From Octopus sinensis (Eukaryota): a stretch of DNA of 64,000 bases. Below the pieces are notes generated by a model. It did not search any database. It saw only the letters and a program-made list of their open reading frames with translations, and was not told where the DNA came from. Shown piece by piece: positions 38,050 through 51,319 of this stretch (positions are counted from its first letter, which is position 1; every line of letters starts with the position of its first letter). A program made the position numbers and the translations under genes. Where the stretch lies: contig NC_043025.1 in NCBI RefSeq assembly GCF_006345805.1, forward strand, positions 10,106,001 through 10,170,000, in the 5' to 3' direction.

Positions 38050-38425
38050 ATAAGAAAAGAGATAAGCTCTTCCGATATTGCTTAGAGGTCTGTAACAAAC
38101 AAAAGGGGGCTCGGAACTAGGTCTTGGCAAACCTCCAACTTTCATACTAAATTCATCATGGAACTTATTGCTAACCCTGACCTTTGTATATGGCTTGTAT
38201 GGTCCTCATGAGCCATTCTATTAGTTCTAATTTTATGAGTGATCTCTAGATCGTAAAGCAAGGGACCCTGTCAAATGCCTTCCTTAGAGGTTTACATCTT
38301 GTGTAATACTTCTGCAGTTGTCTCACATGGAAGCTGGCATTAGTTGTGCTGCTTCTTGCTACAAAACCAAACTACATCTCAGCGAGGTCAATCCAGCTCC
38401 TAATTGATTAGGGGTGGTTGGGTTC
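38050..38425 (-). mobile_element. Old RTE-clade reverse transcriptase remnant
   Basis: Broken translation FGFVARSSTTNASFHVRQLQ...KAFDRVP...EWLMRTIQAIY...SPLLFV. Confidence 0.65.
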
Positions 38426-38751
38426 TCTGGTACACTGCCTTGAAATCTGAAATGCTTAACATATCTGATCGTCATGTTGTAGAAATATATCAATACTCTA
38501 CTTTCTGCTTCTTCCCTTGCTAGGTACCCCTAATACCCTTACTGTAACTTCCATAGCCTCATCCAAAACCTGGGTACCTCTGTAGTTTTCTGTTTCTAGC
38601 TCATCTCTTTCTGCCTTTGTAGCTGTTTACATTAGCAATCCTTGATCTGGAGAGGACATACAGCTGGTGAGGTCCTTTGCTATATTATCTGGTTATCACT
38701 CAAGAAATTAGGGATATATGAATGACATGTAAGGACCATACAAGCCCAGAA

Positions 38752-39140
38752 CAACATCATCAGCATCGTTTAACGTCCACTTTCCATGCTAGCATGGGTT
38801 GGACGGTTCGACCGGGGTGTGGGAAGCCAGGAGACTGCACCAGGCTCCAGTCTGATCTGGCAGTGTTTTTACAGCTGGATGCCCTTCCTAACACCAACCA
38901 CTCCGTGAGTGTAGTGGGTGCTTTTTACGTGCCACCTGAACAGGTGCCAGGCGAGGCTGGCAATGGCCATGATTGGTTGATGCTTTTTACGTGCCACCGG
39001 CACGGAGGCCAGTCGAGGCAACGCTGGCAATGGCCACGTTCGGATGGATCTTTTTATGTGCCACCGGCACTGATATCACGACTACAATTTCCATTGAATT
39101 TTTGATCAATTTTGATTTCGCTTGCCTCAACAGGTCTTCG
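38752..39140 (-). mobile_element. Non-autonomous retroposon family J with (GAT)n tail, probably RTE-related
   Basis: Minus-strand end GGACGTTAAACGATGATG; related copies at 42520-42770, 55796-56140, 57490-57680, 20520-20615. Confidence 0.75.
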
Positions 39141-39317
39141 CAAACAGAGTTTAATTCTTCAAATTTTCTTTTGTCTGTGAGTCTTTTTTTCAGTAATCCA
39201 CTAAAATGTGTTGGTTAGCATATTCATCACCAGGGAAAAATTTAACATTTATAATCATCTGTGTGTGAGTTTGTGTGTATTTTATATGCATATATTTCGA
39301 GTGTTTTATGTCTTATA

Positions 39318-39985
39318 TTTGGTTGGCCTGAAGCTATAGTAGAAGACATTTGCCCAAGGTGCCGTGCAGTGGGACTGAAACTGGAACCATGTGGTTGGGA
39401 AGCAAGCTTCTTACCACACCTTTACTTTTTTTTTTTTTTTACTTTTTATTTGTTTCAGTCATGTGACTGCGGCCATGCTGGAGCACCGCCTTTAGTCGAG
39501 CAAATCAACCCGAGGACTTATTCTTTGTAAGCCTAGTACTTATTCTATCGGTCTCTTTTGCCGAACTGCTAAGTAACGGGGAAATAAACACACCAGCATC
39601 GGTTGTTAAGCGATGTTGGGGGGACAAACAGACACACACCCATATATATATATACATATATACGACAGGCTTCTTCCAGTTTCCGTCTACCAAATCCACT
39701 CACAAGGCTTTGGTCGACCCGAGGCTATAGTAGAAGACACTTGCCCAAGGTGCCATGCAGTGGGACTGAACCCGGAACCATGTGGTTGGTAAGCAAGCTA
39801 CTTACCACACAGCCACTCCTGCGCCTTTGCATATTACACACACATGACAGGGCCCTTTCAGTTTCTGTCTTACCAAATCCACTCACAAGGCTTTGTTCAG
39901 CCTAAGTCTATGGTAGAAGACACTTGTTCAAGGTGCCAAGCGGTGGAACTGAGCCCAAACCATGTGATTTGGAGGCAAACTTCTT
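39318..39985 (-). mobile_element. SINE A cluster (left arm, full copy 39440-39826, left arm)
   Basis: Reverse-complement similarity to 3019-3427. Confidence 0.88.
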
Positions 39986-40257
39986 GAGCTCACACCCAAA
40001 CCAGCCCCAATTTTCTAGTGCACTCACACTCACTCACACACTTCCCTAGAAACTAAAATAACCACTTCCTTGATAAGAAAATACTAAATAAACATCTTTG
40101 GTCCTTCTTTCTCCCCCTTAAACCTCTTTCTTTCACCACCACCACCACCACCCTTACTATCATCAGCATCCCCACCATAGCTATTGTGGACCCCTATTCC
40201 TCCCCGTTTTCAGTCTCCACCATCCAACATTCACACATCTATCTCTCTATCTCTCTC

Positions 40258-40301
<44 letters not shown>

Positions 40302-40763
40302 ACTATCTATCTATCTATCCCCAAGGATATTATCCCCCCTATCCATTCCAGATCATGTTACTCCCAGCATAAGGGCGGTGTTGGTGTTATAACTAAGAAT
40401 AATATGCTTTATCCCCTTCTCTTTATATTTAACTTAAACAAGAACCTCCCTTTTTTTTCCTTCTATTAACTAAAGGAATCAGGGCTTGTAGTTTTGGCGG
40501 TAGTTGTGGCATGGTCGTTGTGCTGGTGCCATTGGTGTTGTGTGATGTGGACCTTTGCTGGTAATGGTTGTGTGCCCTCGGTGATATAAATGTGGAGGGA
40601 GTCCGACTGTCTGCAAGCTGCCTGAGTCCTGAGGCAACTGGGATTACAGATTTCCCTTAAGATTGCCTTCCAACCAGGGCTGGATTGAAACCTGTCGAGG
40701 CCCTAAGCACTTAAAAGATTTTGGTGCCGCCATAAAAGATTATGTAATTCGAATATAAACAAT

Positions 40764-40941
40764 AGGCGCAGGAGTGGCTGTGTGGTAAGTAGCTTGCTAA
40801 CCAACCACATGGTTCCGGGTTCTGTCCCACTGCGTGGCATCTTGGGCAAGTGTCTTCTGCTATAGCCCCGGGCCGACCAATGCTTGTGAGTGGATTTGGT
40901 AGACGGAAACTGAAAGAAGCCTGTCGTATATATGTATATAA

Positions 40942-41004
<63 letters not shown>

Positions 41005-41217
41005 GTTTTGTGTGTCTGTGTTTGTCCCCCTAGCATTGCTTGACAGCCGATGCTGGTGTGTTTATGTTCCCGTCACTTAGCGGTTCGGCAAAAGAGACCG
41101 ATAGAATAAGTACTGGGCTTACAAAGAATAAGTCCCGGGGTCGATTTGCTCGACTAAAGGCGGTGCTCCAGCACGGCCACAGTCAAATGACTGAAACAAG
41201 TAAAAGAGAGTAAAAGA
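40764..41217 (+). mobile_element. SINE A, full length
   Basis: Complete head, internal (TA)n, complete tail. Confidence 0.93.
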
Positions 41218-41357
41218 GAATAACAAACCATAAAATAAATTTTTACTTTTCAAAACAAAACAAAACAGTAAAAGGGAAAATAATGTTTATCTTTGTCTAA
41301 TTCTACTTTATTTATATTTGAAAAGTTTCCTCCTATTTTTTTGAATTGCAAAGTCTT

Positions 41358-41581
41358 TACTCTTTTACTCTTTTACTTGTTTCAGTCATTTGACTGCAGC
41401 CATGCTGGAGCACCGCCTTTAGTCGAGCAAATCAACCCTGGGACTTATTCTTTGTAAGCCCAGTACTTATTCTATCGGTCTCTTTTGCCGAACCGCTAAG
41501 TTACAGGGACGTAAACACACCAGCATTGGTTGTCAAGCAATGCTAGGGGGACAAACACAGACACACACACACACACACACA

Positions 41582-41626
<45 letters not shown>

Positions 41627-41772
41627 CACATATATACGACACGCTTCTTTCAGTTTCTGTCTACCAAATCCACTCACAAAGCTTTGGTCGGCCCGGGGCT
41701 ATAGCAGAAGACACTTGCCCAAGGTGCCACGCAGTGGGACTGAACCCGGAACTATGTGGTTGGTTAGCAAGG
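41358..41772 (-). mobile_element. SINE A, nearly full length
   Basis: Inverted relative to 40764-41217. Confidence 0.92.
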
Positions 41773-42039
41773 ACTTACAACTATTAGTGGTTTGGAGTTT
41801 AACTGCTCTTTCTAGTGAGTCGGATGTCCTATTATGGCCATCCCTTATATGTTTGTATATATATATATATATGTATGTATGTATATATATCTTACAACAT
41901 TGTTCTCTACCCCAATAGTCCTATTGAAAACAGGTAGTGAAGTGAATAACTGAAGTACTACCTACAGATATATTTTTCCCAGATATAACTGTAAAGGATA
42001 TCTATAATACTACATACTCAGATATACGATAGTATACAT

Positions 42040-42500
42040 ACATACATTATGGCTTCCCCCTCGTTATCGAGTAAGGCCATTGCACGAAGCTTAACTGTTA
42101 CTGGTGCTGTGATCGAATGTGACGTTTTAGCCCAGCTAAAGATCTACAATGTCTTGTACAGAATTGGCAACTAAAACCTTTACCGGTAATAGCCGGCTGT
42201 AGTTGTAACTGGGCTTCGTGTACCTTTGCATGTCGTTTAAGTCCTCCTGCCGAATTACACCTCTTCTACATGCCCGACAGATATGATTAGTATGGTGTGT
42301 AACACCACCACCAGTGGCCAGGTTGTCACTCATCTGTCTCGCTTTATGACTACGAAGATGACTCTTGCGTCCAGCTTTACTAAGGCAGGGTCTCACACAG
42401 ACACTGCATGTCAGCATCATAGGAAGACCCTTCCTATCTGGAAGTGTAACAGCGATGCCCTTCCTGACATCCCTCCTTACTTTCTCATGCGCAACTCGAG
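42040..42500 (-). mobile_element. 5'-truncated RTE-type LINE 3' end encoding three C2H2 zinc fingers
   Basis: CSVC-x12-HLRSH, CRAC-x12-HAKVH (one 1-bp frameshift near 42260), CQFC-x12-HIRSQH, then stop, short UTR ending GAGGGGAAGCC and (TATG)n tail; (TACA)n on both flanks. Confidence 0.8.
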
Positions 42501-42777
42501 ATACATACATACATACGACCATTTGATATCTGTCTTCCATGCTGGCATGGGTTGGATGGTTTAATTGAAAAGTGGTGAGCTGGGGAGCTGCACCAGATTT
42601 CAATGTGATTTGGTAGGATTTCTACAGCTGAATGCCCTCCCTAATGCCAACCACCCCAAGAGTGTAGTGTGTGCTTCTTGCATACCACTGGCACAGGCGT
42701 TAGTTACAAAACACCAGCATCGGCCGTGGCTGTGATCTCATTTGGCTTGACAGGTCTTCTCAGGCTTCACTACCATT

Positions 42778-43005
42778 ACCTATTTCTTTATTACCCACAA
42801 GGGGCTAAACATAGAGGGAGAAACAAGGACAGACATAGGTATTAAGTCGATTACATCGACCCCAGTGCGTAACTGGTACTTATTTAATCGACCCCGAAAG
42901 GATGAAAGGCAAAGTCGACCTCGGTGGAATTTGAACTCACGACGTAACGGCAGACAAAATACCGGTAAGCATTTTACCCGGTGTGCTAACGTCTCTGCCA
43001 GCTCA
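42778..43005 (-). mobile_element. SINE B
   Basis: Core and tail motifs as at 7655. Confidence 0.88.
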
Positions 43006-43164
43006 TGGACTAGATTTTTATTGTGCCAACAGATGGGAGTACAGGGGTGGTACGTGCAATGAGTGCTAGCAGTGACCTTCATGAGGCACTGTGCCAAGTG
43101 ACACTGTTGAGTTATTTGTGTTTTAGTGATCACTTGTATGCTGTAGTCTGCAATTTATATATAT

Positions 43165-43396
43165 ATATACATATATATACTCTTTACTCTTTTACTTGTT
43201 TCAGTCATTTGACTGCGGCCATGCTGGAGCACCGCCTTTAGTCAAGCAAATCGACCCGGGACTTATTCTTTGTAAGCCCAGTACTTATTCTATCGGTCTC
43301 TTTTGCTGAACCGCTAATTGACGGGGAAATAAACACACCAGCATTGGTTGTCAAGCAATACTAGGGAGACAAACACAGACACACAAACACACACAC

Positions 43397-43456
<60 letters not shown>

Positions 43457-43622
43457 TACGACAGGCTTCTTTCAGTTTCCGTCTACCAAATCCACTCAAA
43501 AGGCTTTGGTCAGCCCGGGGCTATAGCAGAAGACACTTGCCCAAGATGCCACGCAGTGGGACAGAACCCAGAACCATGTGGTTGGTTAACAAGCTACTTA
43601 CCACACAGCCACTCCTGCGCCT
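43165..43622 (-). mobile_element. SINE A, full length
   Basis: Complete head and tail. Confidence 0.92.
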
Positions 43623-44029
43623 ATATATATATATTATATATGTGTGTATACATACATATACACTAACTATTGCATTCTGTGCCTTAGACATTTACATTGA
43701 CACAGTTAAGTGTTTATGTATATGTATGCATGTATGTGTATATTTCTGTATGTATGTATGTATGTATGTATATATATACTCACACACACGCACAAGCAGA
43801 TTCTGAGAACTGAGATTCTGTTCCACTCCTATGTGAGCCCCACCATCCACCAGCTCTGCCTTCTGGCTCTCTCCCAGATTCCTGTTTGTTTGCCTTCACA
43901 CACACATCCTGATGTAGGCCCCAACCAACCGACCAACCGACCTGTCTGTCTGCACGGTTGTTCATCATTTGAAGCAGACAAACTTGTTAACCAGTCTCTT
44001 TCCCTTCCATCTTTGTCTTCCTCCCTTCT

Positions 44030-44410
44030 TATTTTTCTTCTTCTTCTTCTTTTTCTTCTTCTTTCAATTCTTCTTCTTCTTCCAATTCTTCTTCTTATTT
44101 TTCTTCTTCTTCTTCTTCTTCCAATTCTTCTTCTTTTTCGTCTTCATCTTTTTCTTCTTCTTCTTCTTCTTATTCTTATTCTTCTTCTTCCACTTCTTCT
44201 CCTTCTTCTCCTTCTTCTTCTTCTTCTTCTTCTTCCAATTCTTCTTCTTCTTCCAATTCTTCTTCTTCTTCCAATTCTTCTTCTTCTTCTTCTTCTCTTC
44301 TTCTTCTTCTTCCTCTTCTTCTTATTCTTCCTCTTCTTCCAATTCTTCTTCTTCTTCTTCCTTCTTCTTCTTCTTCTTCTTCTTTTCTTCTTCTTCTCTT
44401 CTTCTTCCAT
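44030..44410. repeat. (TTC)n polypyrimidine tract
   Basis: Direct inspection; source of the poly-F/L/R ORFs. Confidence 0.95.
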
Positions 44411-44984
44411 CCTCCACCACCACCACCACCACCACCATCTCTGAGTCATCACTCTGTCCCAATCACCATCAGTCATCACCAGTCATTATTAACCTCTCCA
44501 ACAGTTTGGGGAGGAAAGTCAGTTTTAATAGCCTATCCTTAGTGTGTGTGTATGTGTACGTGTGTGTGCTTCATGATTCTTATTTGGAAACTCCCTTATT
44601 TCCATATACACATAGAAGAAAGTTGTTGTACATACACACACACACACACACACACATACACATGTATGTATATGTGTGTATATAAAGAGATATATACATA
44701 TGTATACATACATATATAATATATATATATTGGCGGTGCTCCAGCATGGCCACAGCTCAAGAGCTGAAACTGGAAAACATAAAATATATATGTATATGAG
44801 AGAGAGAGACGTATACATATAGACACGTGTATCTACACACACATACACATATATATATATTACATTATGGATGCACATAATATATGTATTTATATATACA
44901 TGTATACATACATACATACATAAATGTATTGAAATATACACACACATATTCACACGTATACATACATTCATATATATATATATT

Positions 44985-45184
44985 TTTTTCTTTTACTTGT
45001 TTCAGTCATTTTGACTGCGGCCATGCTGGAGCACCGCCTTTAGTCGAGCAAATCGACCCCGGGACTTATTCTTTGTAAGCCCAGTACTTATTCTATCAGT
45101 CTCTTTTTGCCGAACTGCTAAGTGACGGGGACATAAACACACCAGCATCAGTTATCAAGCGATGTTGGGGGGACAAACACAGAC

Positions 45185-45217
<33 letters not shown>

Positions 45218-45364
45218 CATATATACGACAGGCTTCTTTCAGTTTCCATCTTCCAAATTCACTCACAAGGCCTTAATCAAGAAGACACTTGCCCAAGATG
45301 CCACGTAGTGGGACTGAACCTGGAACCATGTGGTTGGTAAGCAAGCTACTTACCACACAGCCAC
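44985..45364 (-). mobile_element. SINE A, full length with small deletion
   Basis: Head and tail motifs. Confidence 0.9.
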
Positions 45365-45626
45365 TAATGACATGCATACTGACACAGTTATACTCACCTA
45401 TTTCTTCTGCGAGCCACCCCTCCTCCCACGCAGTTCTCTCCTGACTGCCAGATATCTGTGTGTATATATGTACGTATGTATGTATGGTTGAAGAAACAAG
45501 AGAATTAAATCTCTGTACATGTGTAAATATATTTCTTCATTATTCCTAATCAGCATAAAAATGTTCATATATATATGTGTGTATATATATATATATGTTT
45601 TATCTCTCATTTAATATATATGTTTG

Positions 45627-45668
<42 letters not shown>

Positions 45669-45872
45669 TGAACAAAATTTCAGCTAGTCAACCTCTCCCT
45701 ATGTTTATCCAACTGTGAAGATAGTAGCGATGGTGGTGGTGGTGGTAGTGCTGGTGGTGTTATGTATGGTGGTGGTGGTGATGGTGGTGGCTCTGATTAT
45801 AAATCTTGCAGCCTTATTGTAGTAGTAGTAGTAATCGTAGTGGTAGTAGTAGTAGTAGTAGTAGTAATCGTA

Positions 45873-45905
<33 letters not shown>

Positions 45906-46359
45906 GTAATGTTCTTGCTTAGCCCCAAGCCAGCCCTAATGAAGCAAACCGGTAATCAAGACATTCCAACTATGACCATCCTGTCTGTTTTTCTTTTTTG
46001 TTTTTTGTTTCGGTGTTCAGATCAAGTGGATTTAAGATTAAGATTACATTCTCACCCTGTATTGAGTCCTTCTTTTCATCAATTCTTTTCTTTCTTTCTT
46101 TTGGTTGTTTTAAAGACCAGTAATGATGATAGGGCACGGGAGGGATCTGGCTGCTATATCTAGCAATTTTACCCGGTCTCTCTCTCTCTCTCTCTCTCTC
46201 CTTGTCGGCTGCTGCTGTTGTTGTTGTAAACATTCATGTTGAAGTTAAACCTTTTCAAGAACTGCAACAACAAAAACACCAGCAAATAAATAAATAAATA
46301 AATAAAGAAAGAAGGGGGAAAGGAAGAGGATGAAGCAGTAGCAATATTAATAGTAGTTG

Positions 46360-46770
46360 TAGTGTAGTAGTAGTAGTTGTGGTGGTGGTAGTAATTGTGG
46401 TGGTGGTAGTAGTTGTGGTGGTGGTAGTAATTGTGGTGGTGGTAGTAGTTATGGTGGTGGTGGTGGTAGTAGTTGTGGTGGTGGTGGTGGTAGTAGTTGT
46501 AGTAGTGGCAGTAGTAGTTGTGGTGGTGGTAATAGTTATGGTGGTGATGGTGGTAGTAGTTGTGGTGGTGGTAGTGGTAATAGAAGTAGTTGTGGTGGTG
46601 GTAGTAATTGTGGTGGTGGTAGTAGTTATGGTGGTGGTGGTAGTAGTTGTGGTGGTGGTGGTGGTGGTAGTAGTTGTAGTAGTGGCGTAGTAGTAGTAGT
46701 AGTTGTGGTGGCAGCTGTGTTGGTAGTAGTAGTAGTAGTAGTAGTAGGTGGTAGCAGTTGTAGTAGCTAA
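46360..46770. repeat. (GTA)/(GTG) mosaic
   Basis: Direct inspection. Confidence 0.93.
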
Positions 46771-48122
46771 AAGAAGAAGCGGAGATGGAGGAGGCAGAGA
46801 TGGAGGAGGAAGAGGCTTGTGAAATACTATATTCCTGTACAGTGCCCTAGTACAGTTAATGTTTTTTTTCTGAAGGGAGCTCCCTACTCCCCGCTCCCCC
46901 CTAGTTTTTTTTCGAAGGGAGCAGCAACAGTAGTTTGTCTGGACACACTGTTGCTTCTAGCTGTTGTTGCTGTGGTTGTCGTCATCGTCATCGTCGTTGT
47001 TGTCGCTAAGGACCGCCGCCGCCACCATCGCAACCATCCTTTTCCTCCTACCGTCCCATGTTGTTTCTGCTCTGATTGGAATCTCTTTGGAACTGAACCA
47101 CACCACACATCCCAGCTGTAATCATCTCTTGCCCCTATACATAAATATTTATACATCCATATACACACACACACAACACACCACAACATATATATATAAT
47201 ATATATATATATATATAATATATATCCATATATATATAAAAATATATATTCATATATACATACACACACATATATATATATATATATATACATAAACATA
47301 TATATGTATGATGACATTGTAGGCTGATCTGTCTGTTTGTCTTTCTGTCCGCCTGCCCCCTTAATTTTTTCCTCCCCTTAACACTTCTGGTGTGTGTGTG
47401 TGTGGGTATGATTTGAGGATAGACTTGGCTGCCATTTCCACCGGACTGTGTTGCAAAGAAATACCACATACAAGCCTCAGTGTCTGGGACAGTTTTTACC
47501 AGTCAGTCTCTGTAATTACTTCTATTATTTAGTGGAAAAAATTCCGTCCATCAAAAGGAAAAGATCCAATATTATTATTTATTATTATTATTATTGTTAT
47601 TTACATCAGTTGGGTGATTTTGTGCTTAATCCAAGGAAGGGCAAATAATTTTCGGAAAATTCTTGAAGACAAAGACAGAAAAAAAAACATATATATATAT
47701 ATATTTAGACCCAAAGAAAACCTCGCAAACTGTGGATAATTGGTAAAAAATGAAGAACTGAAAACGGATATACCGAATTTCTGAAAGGAATGACAGAAAG
47801 AGAGAAGGAAGAATAAAGGAGAAGCTATTTTGGATAATCTACCATTCTCTGTTGATTGTTTTTTAATTAATTTTTTTTTTCTGTTTGGAGCCCTGCATTT
47901 TGGAGCTAAGAATTTGATGATAATAATTATAATAATTATAATAATAATGATGATGATGATGATGAGGATGATGAACATTTACTAAACCAAAAAATGCTTT
48001 CGGGAGGAAAAAAAGTGATTTTTGAAAATTATTTGGGATTACGGTCGCCGTTCTTAAACCTTGCATTATTTAACAATTGTTTCGTTTCTTTTCTTTTCTT
48101 TTTCGAATCCCGTGTCTTGGAA

Positions 48123-48157
<35 letters not shown>

Positions 48158-48418
48158 TAATATACAAAAGTTAAAAAGCTAAATTTCAGAACTTGAGTCG
48201 GTCAACTGTGTTTTTCTTTTACATCTTCAGTTTTCTGAGGGTTTTTTTTTCTTCTTTTTAGCCAAGTGTCTTGGGTCAAAGAATTTTAATAATTCATAAT
48301 TTCTAGTGTAAACATACAAATAAAAAAAAATAACCAAAACAATACAGAAAGTAAATTTGAACTGCAAAAGTTCCAGAATATATCTCTCATTTTCGGTTTT
48401 GGAGTGAAAAATTTGATG

Positions 48419-48452
<34 letters not shown>

Positions 48453-49382
48453 GCAACTAATAAAACAGACACTGATCCAAAAAGGGTCTCAAGGGAAGGT
48501 ACAAAAAGAAGCCTTTTATTTTTATTATTATTATTATTATTATTGTCTTCCATGATGAGATTCATGGAATCCTGGTATTCTGTCTTGGACAGAAGAATTT
48601 AAAGATAATAATTTGTTAGGCAGGCATAAGACCACATATTTAAAGGGAAGGAACGGTCCATTATATTGAAAACATACAAGACAGAATAAGAATCAGTCCT
48701 GACCGAAAGTTATAGAATTAAGAGTGAAACGAAGAGAAATATTTGTTTTTGTTTTTCTATTAATATCTTCTCCTTAGTTTTTGAAAAAGGTCTTTTGAAG
48801 GATTCTTCAGTATTCTGGTGCCTTTTTTCGGAATTCATTCTTCACGTGGCGGGTGGAGAATTTTCGTGTGTTGTCTTTGGAGTGAAGAATATTATAATAA
48901 TAATAATAATAATAATAATAACTGCTGAAAAGAAAGAAAGAGAGAAAAATTTATATGTAATAACGATAACAACAAACGACGAAAACGGAACAGATTTGAC
49001 CAGGGGAAAGTTCTTCCGGCAGGAAGGAAGGACGGAAGCATTGTGGATTATCGGACCACATCTTTCTCCTTGTCTTCTTCATTCTTTGATTATCTTTGAT
49101 TCCTCTGTCCTGAATCATCATAATAATCTTTTGTAATATTGTGGTCTTGGATAAAGGAATTTAATAAGCAAAGGAAAACAAATAAATTTTGGGGGGAAAA
49201 AAACCCCAGAAAAGGTTAAAAAAAAGACAACAAAAAGAACAAGCCATAACTAACTAACAGCAAGGCAGCAACAGCAGACATTACTTGGACAGGACGCACG
49301 GACTTGTTTAAATTAGATCATCATCATCATTTCCACCATTGATATCGGACATTGGACGTCGGAGAGAGGGGTGGATGAGAAA

Positions 49383-49471
49383 ATGCCCGCTGATCTACCC
49401 AAACTCCGAACATCTTACCAGGTCCCGCGATACAGTACCCTACCACGGAAAGCTGTCAGCAAGAAGTCCTG
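49383..49471 (+). CDS. Candidate first coding exon (MPADLPKLRTSYQVPRYSTLPRKAVSKKS, phase 2), gene unidentified
   Basis: aaaATGc start, upstream in-frame TAG at 49314, donor TG|GTAAGG, GC-richer codon-like composition after a ~2-kb transposon-free AT-rich leader. Confidence 0.5.
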
Positions 49472-49519
49472 GTAAGGTCCAAGTCTATCTTTAATATATA
49501 AAATGTAAATAATATATGT

Positions 49520-50130
49520 ATATATATGTATGTATGTGTGTGTGTGTGTGTGTGTGAATGCATTTGTGTGTGTATATGAGTGTATATATGTGTATGAGAG
49601 TTTATATGTGTGTGTGTGTGTGTGTATGTATGAGTGTGTGTATGTGTTTATGTGTGTGTGTATGAGTGTATATATGTATATGTATGAATATTTATATATG
49701 TGTGAGTGTGCATATGTTTGTGTATATATATGCGTGTATATGTGTATGAGAGTTTGTGTGTATATATATATATATATATAGATGTGTGTATGTATGAGTG
49801 TGTGTTTATGTGTGTGCGTATGAGTGTATATATGTATATGTATGAATATTTATATATGTGTGTGAGTGTGCATATGTTTGTGTATATATATGCGTGTATA
49901 TGTGTATGAGAGTTTGTGTGTATATATATATATAGATGTGTGTATGTATGAGTGTGTGTTTATGTGTGTGCGTATGAGTGTATATATGTATATGTATGAA
50001 TATTTATACATGTGTGTGAGTGTGCATATGTTTGTGTATATATGTGTGTATATATGTGCATATTTAAAAATGTGTGTTTATGTTCATACATACGTGTGTA
50101 TGTATGTACATGTGTGTATATACACACAGG
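49520..50130. repeat. (TG)/(TA) mosaic with ~160-bp higher-order duplication
   Basis: atgtatgaatattta recurs about every 155-160 bp. Confidence 0.9.
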
Positions 50131-50269
50131 TTCACATCTTTTCACAGAGCTTAAAAGGTTGAACGGAACACTGTCAGGTTACTTAGTATAAAAAGAACTC
50201 TGCAAGTCTGAGAGTCAAGATATTTAGTCCAATGCCACGAGTCTTTAATGGATTCTATCAATGTGTCTG

Positions 50270-50487
50270 TCTGTTTGTCTAGCTGTCAATCTGTTGGTCT
50301 ATCTATCTGTCTATCTTTCTGGCTATCTGTCTGTCTGTCTGTCTATCCATCTATGTATCTATCCATCCATCCATCTACCTATCCATCCATCTATCTATCT
50401 ATGGATCTGTCTGTCTGTCTATCGGTCTATCTATCTATCTATCCATCCATCTATCTATCTATCAATCTGTCTATCTATCTATCTATC

Positions 50488-50530
<43 letters not shown>

Positions 50531-50620
50531 ATTCTATCTATCTATCTGTCCATCCATCCATCCATCTCTCTGGCTGTCGATCTGTCTTTCTGTCTATCTG
50601 TCTGGCTATTTATCTCTCTC
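50270..50620. repeat. (CTAT)/(CCAT)/(CTGT) array
   Basis: Direct inspection. Confidence 0.93.
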
Positions 50621-50693
50621 TTTCTCTCCCTCTCCCCCATCTGTCTATGTATGTGTGTGTATATGTGTACACACACACACACACACACACACT

Positions 50694-51075
50694 GGCATAG
50701 CTACGTGGTAAGAAGCTTGCTTCGTAACCACATGGTTCCAGGTTCAGTCCTACTGCATAGTACTTTGGGTAAGTGTTTTCTACTATAGCCTCAAGCCAAC
50801 CAAAGCCTTGTGAGTGGATTTGGTAGACGGAAACTGAAAGAAGCCTGTCACAATATATATATGTGTGTGTCTTTGTGTCTGTATTTGTCTCCCATTAATG
50901 CTTGACACCAGTATTGGTGGGTTTATGTCCTCGTAACCTAGCAGTTCAGCAAAAGAGACTGATAAAATAAGTACTAGGCTTAAAAAGGTAAGTCCTGGTG
51001 TCGATTTGTTCGACTAAAACCCCTCAAAGCAGTGCTCCAGCATGGCTGCAGTCAAATGACTGAAACAAGCTAAAG
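50694..51075 (+). mobile_element. SINE A, full length, diverged
   Basis: Head and tail motifs. Confidence 0.88.
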
Positions 51076-51319
51076 AATATATATATATATATATATATAA
51101 TATATAATATATATATGATAATTCATTTGTGTGTGTAGGGGTAGAATGTTGTAGAGATTGTTTCCCTTGTTTAACCCTAGGTCAGTCATGATCCAGTAGC
51201 CCTACAAGAGTAAATTGGTATGATCTGAGAACGATTTGGGAGCTATCTCTTGTAGATTGAGGACCATGTGAAGCTCCCTAATTAATTCAAAGAAACAAGT
51301 GCTGGGAAGCGATGTCCCA

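Noticed and set aside
42136-42603. Host C2H2 zinc-finger gene
   Set aside because: No TGEKP linkers, abrupt 5' truncation, retroposon-type tail and a frameshift point to a LINE 3' end
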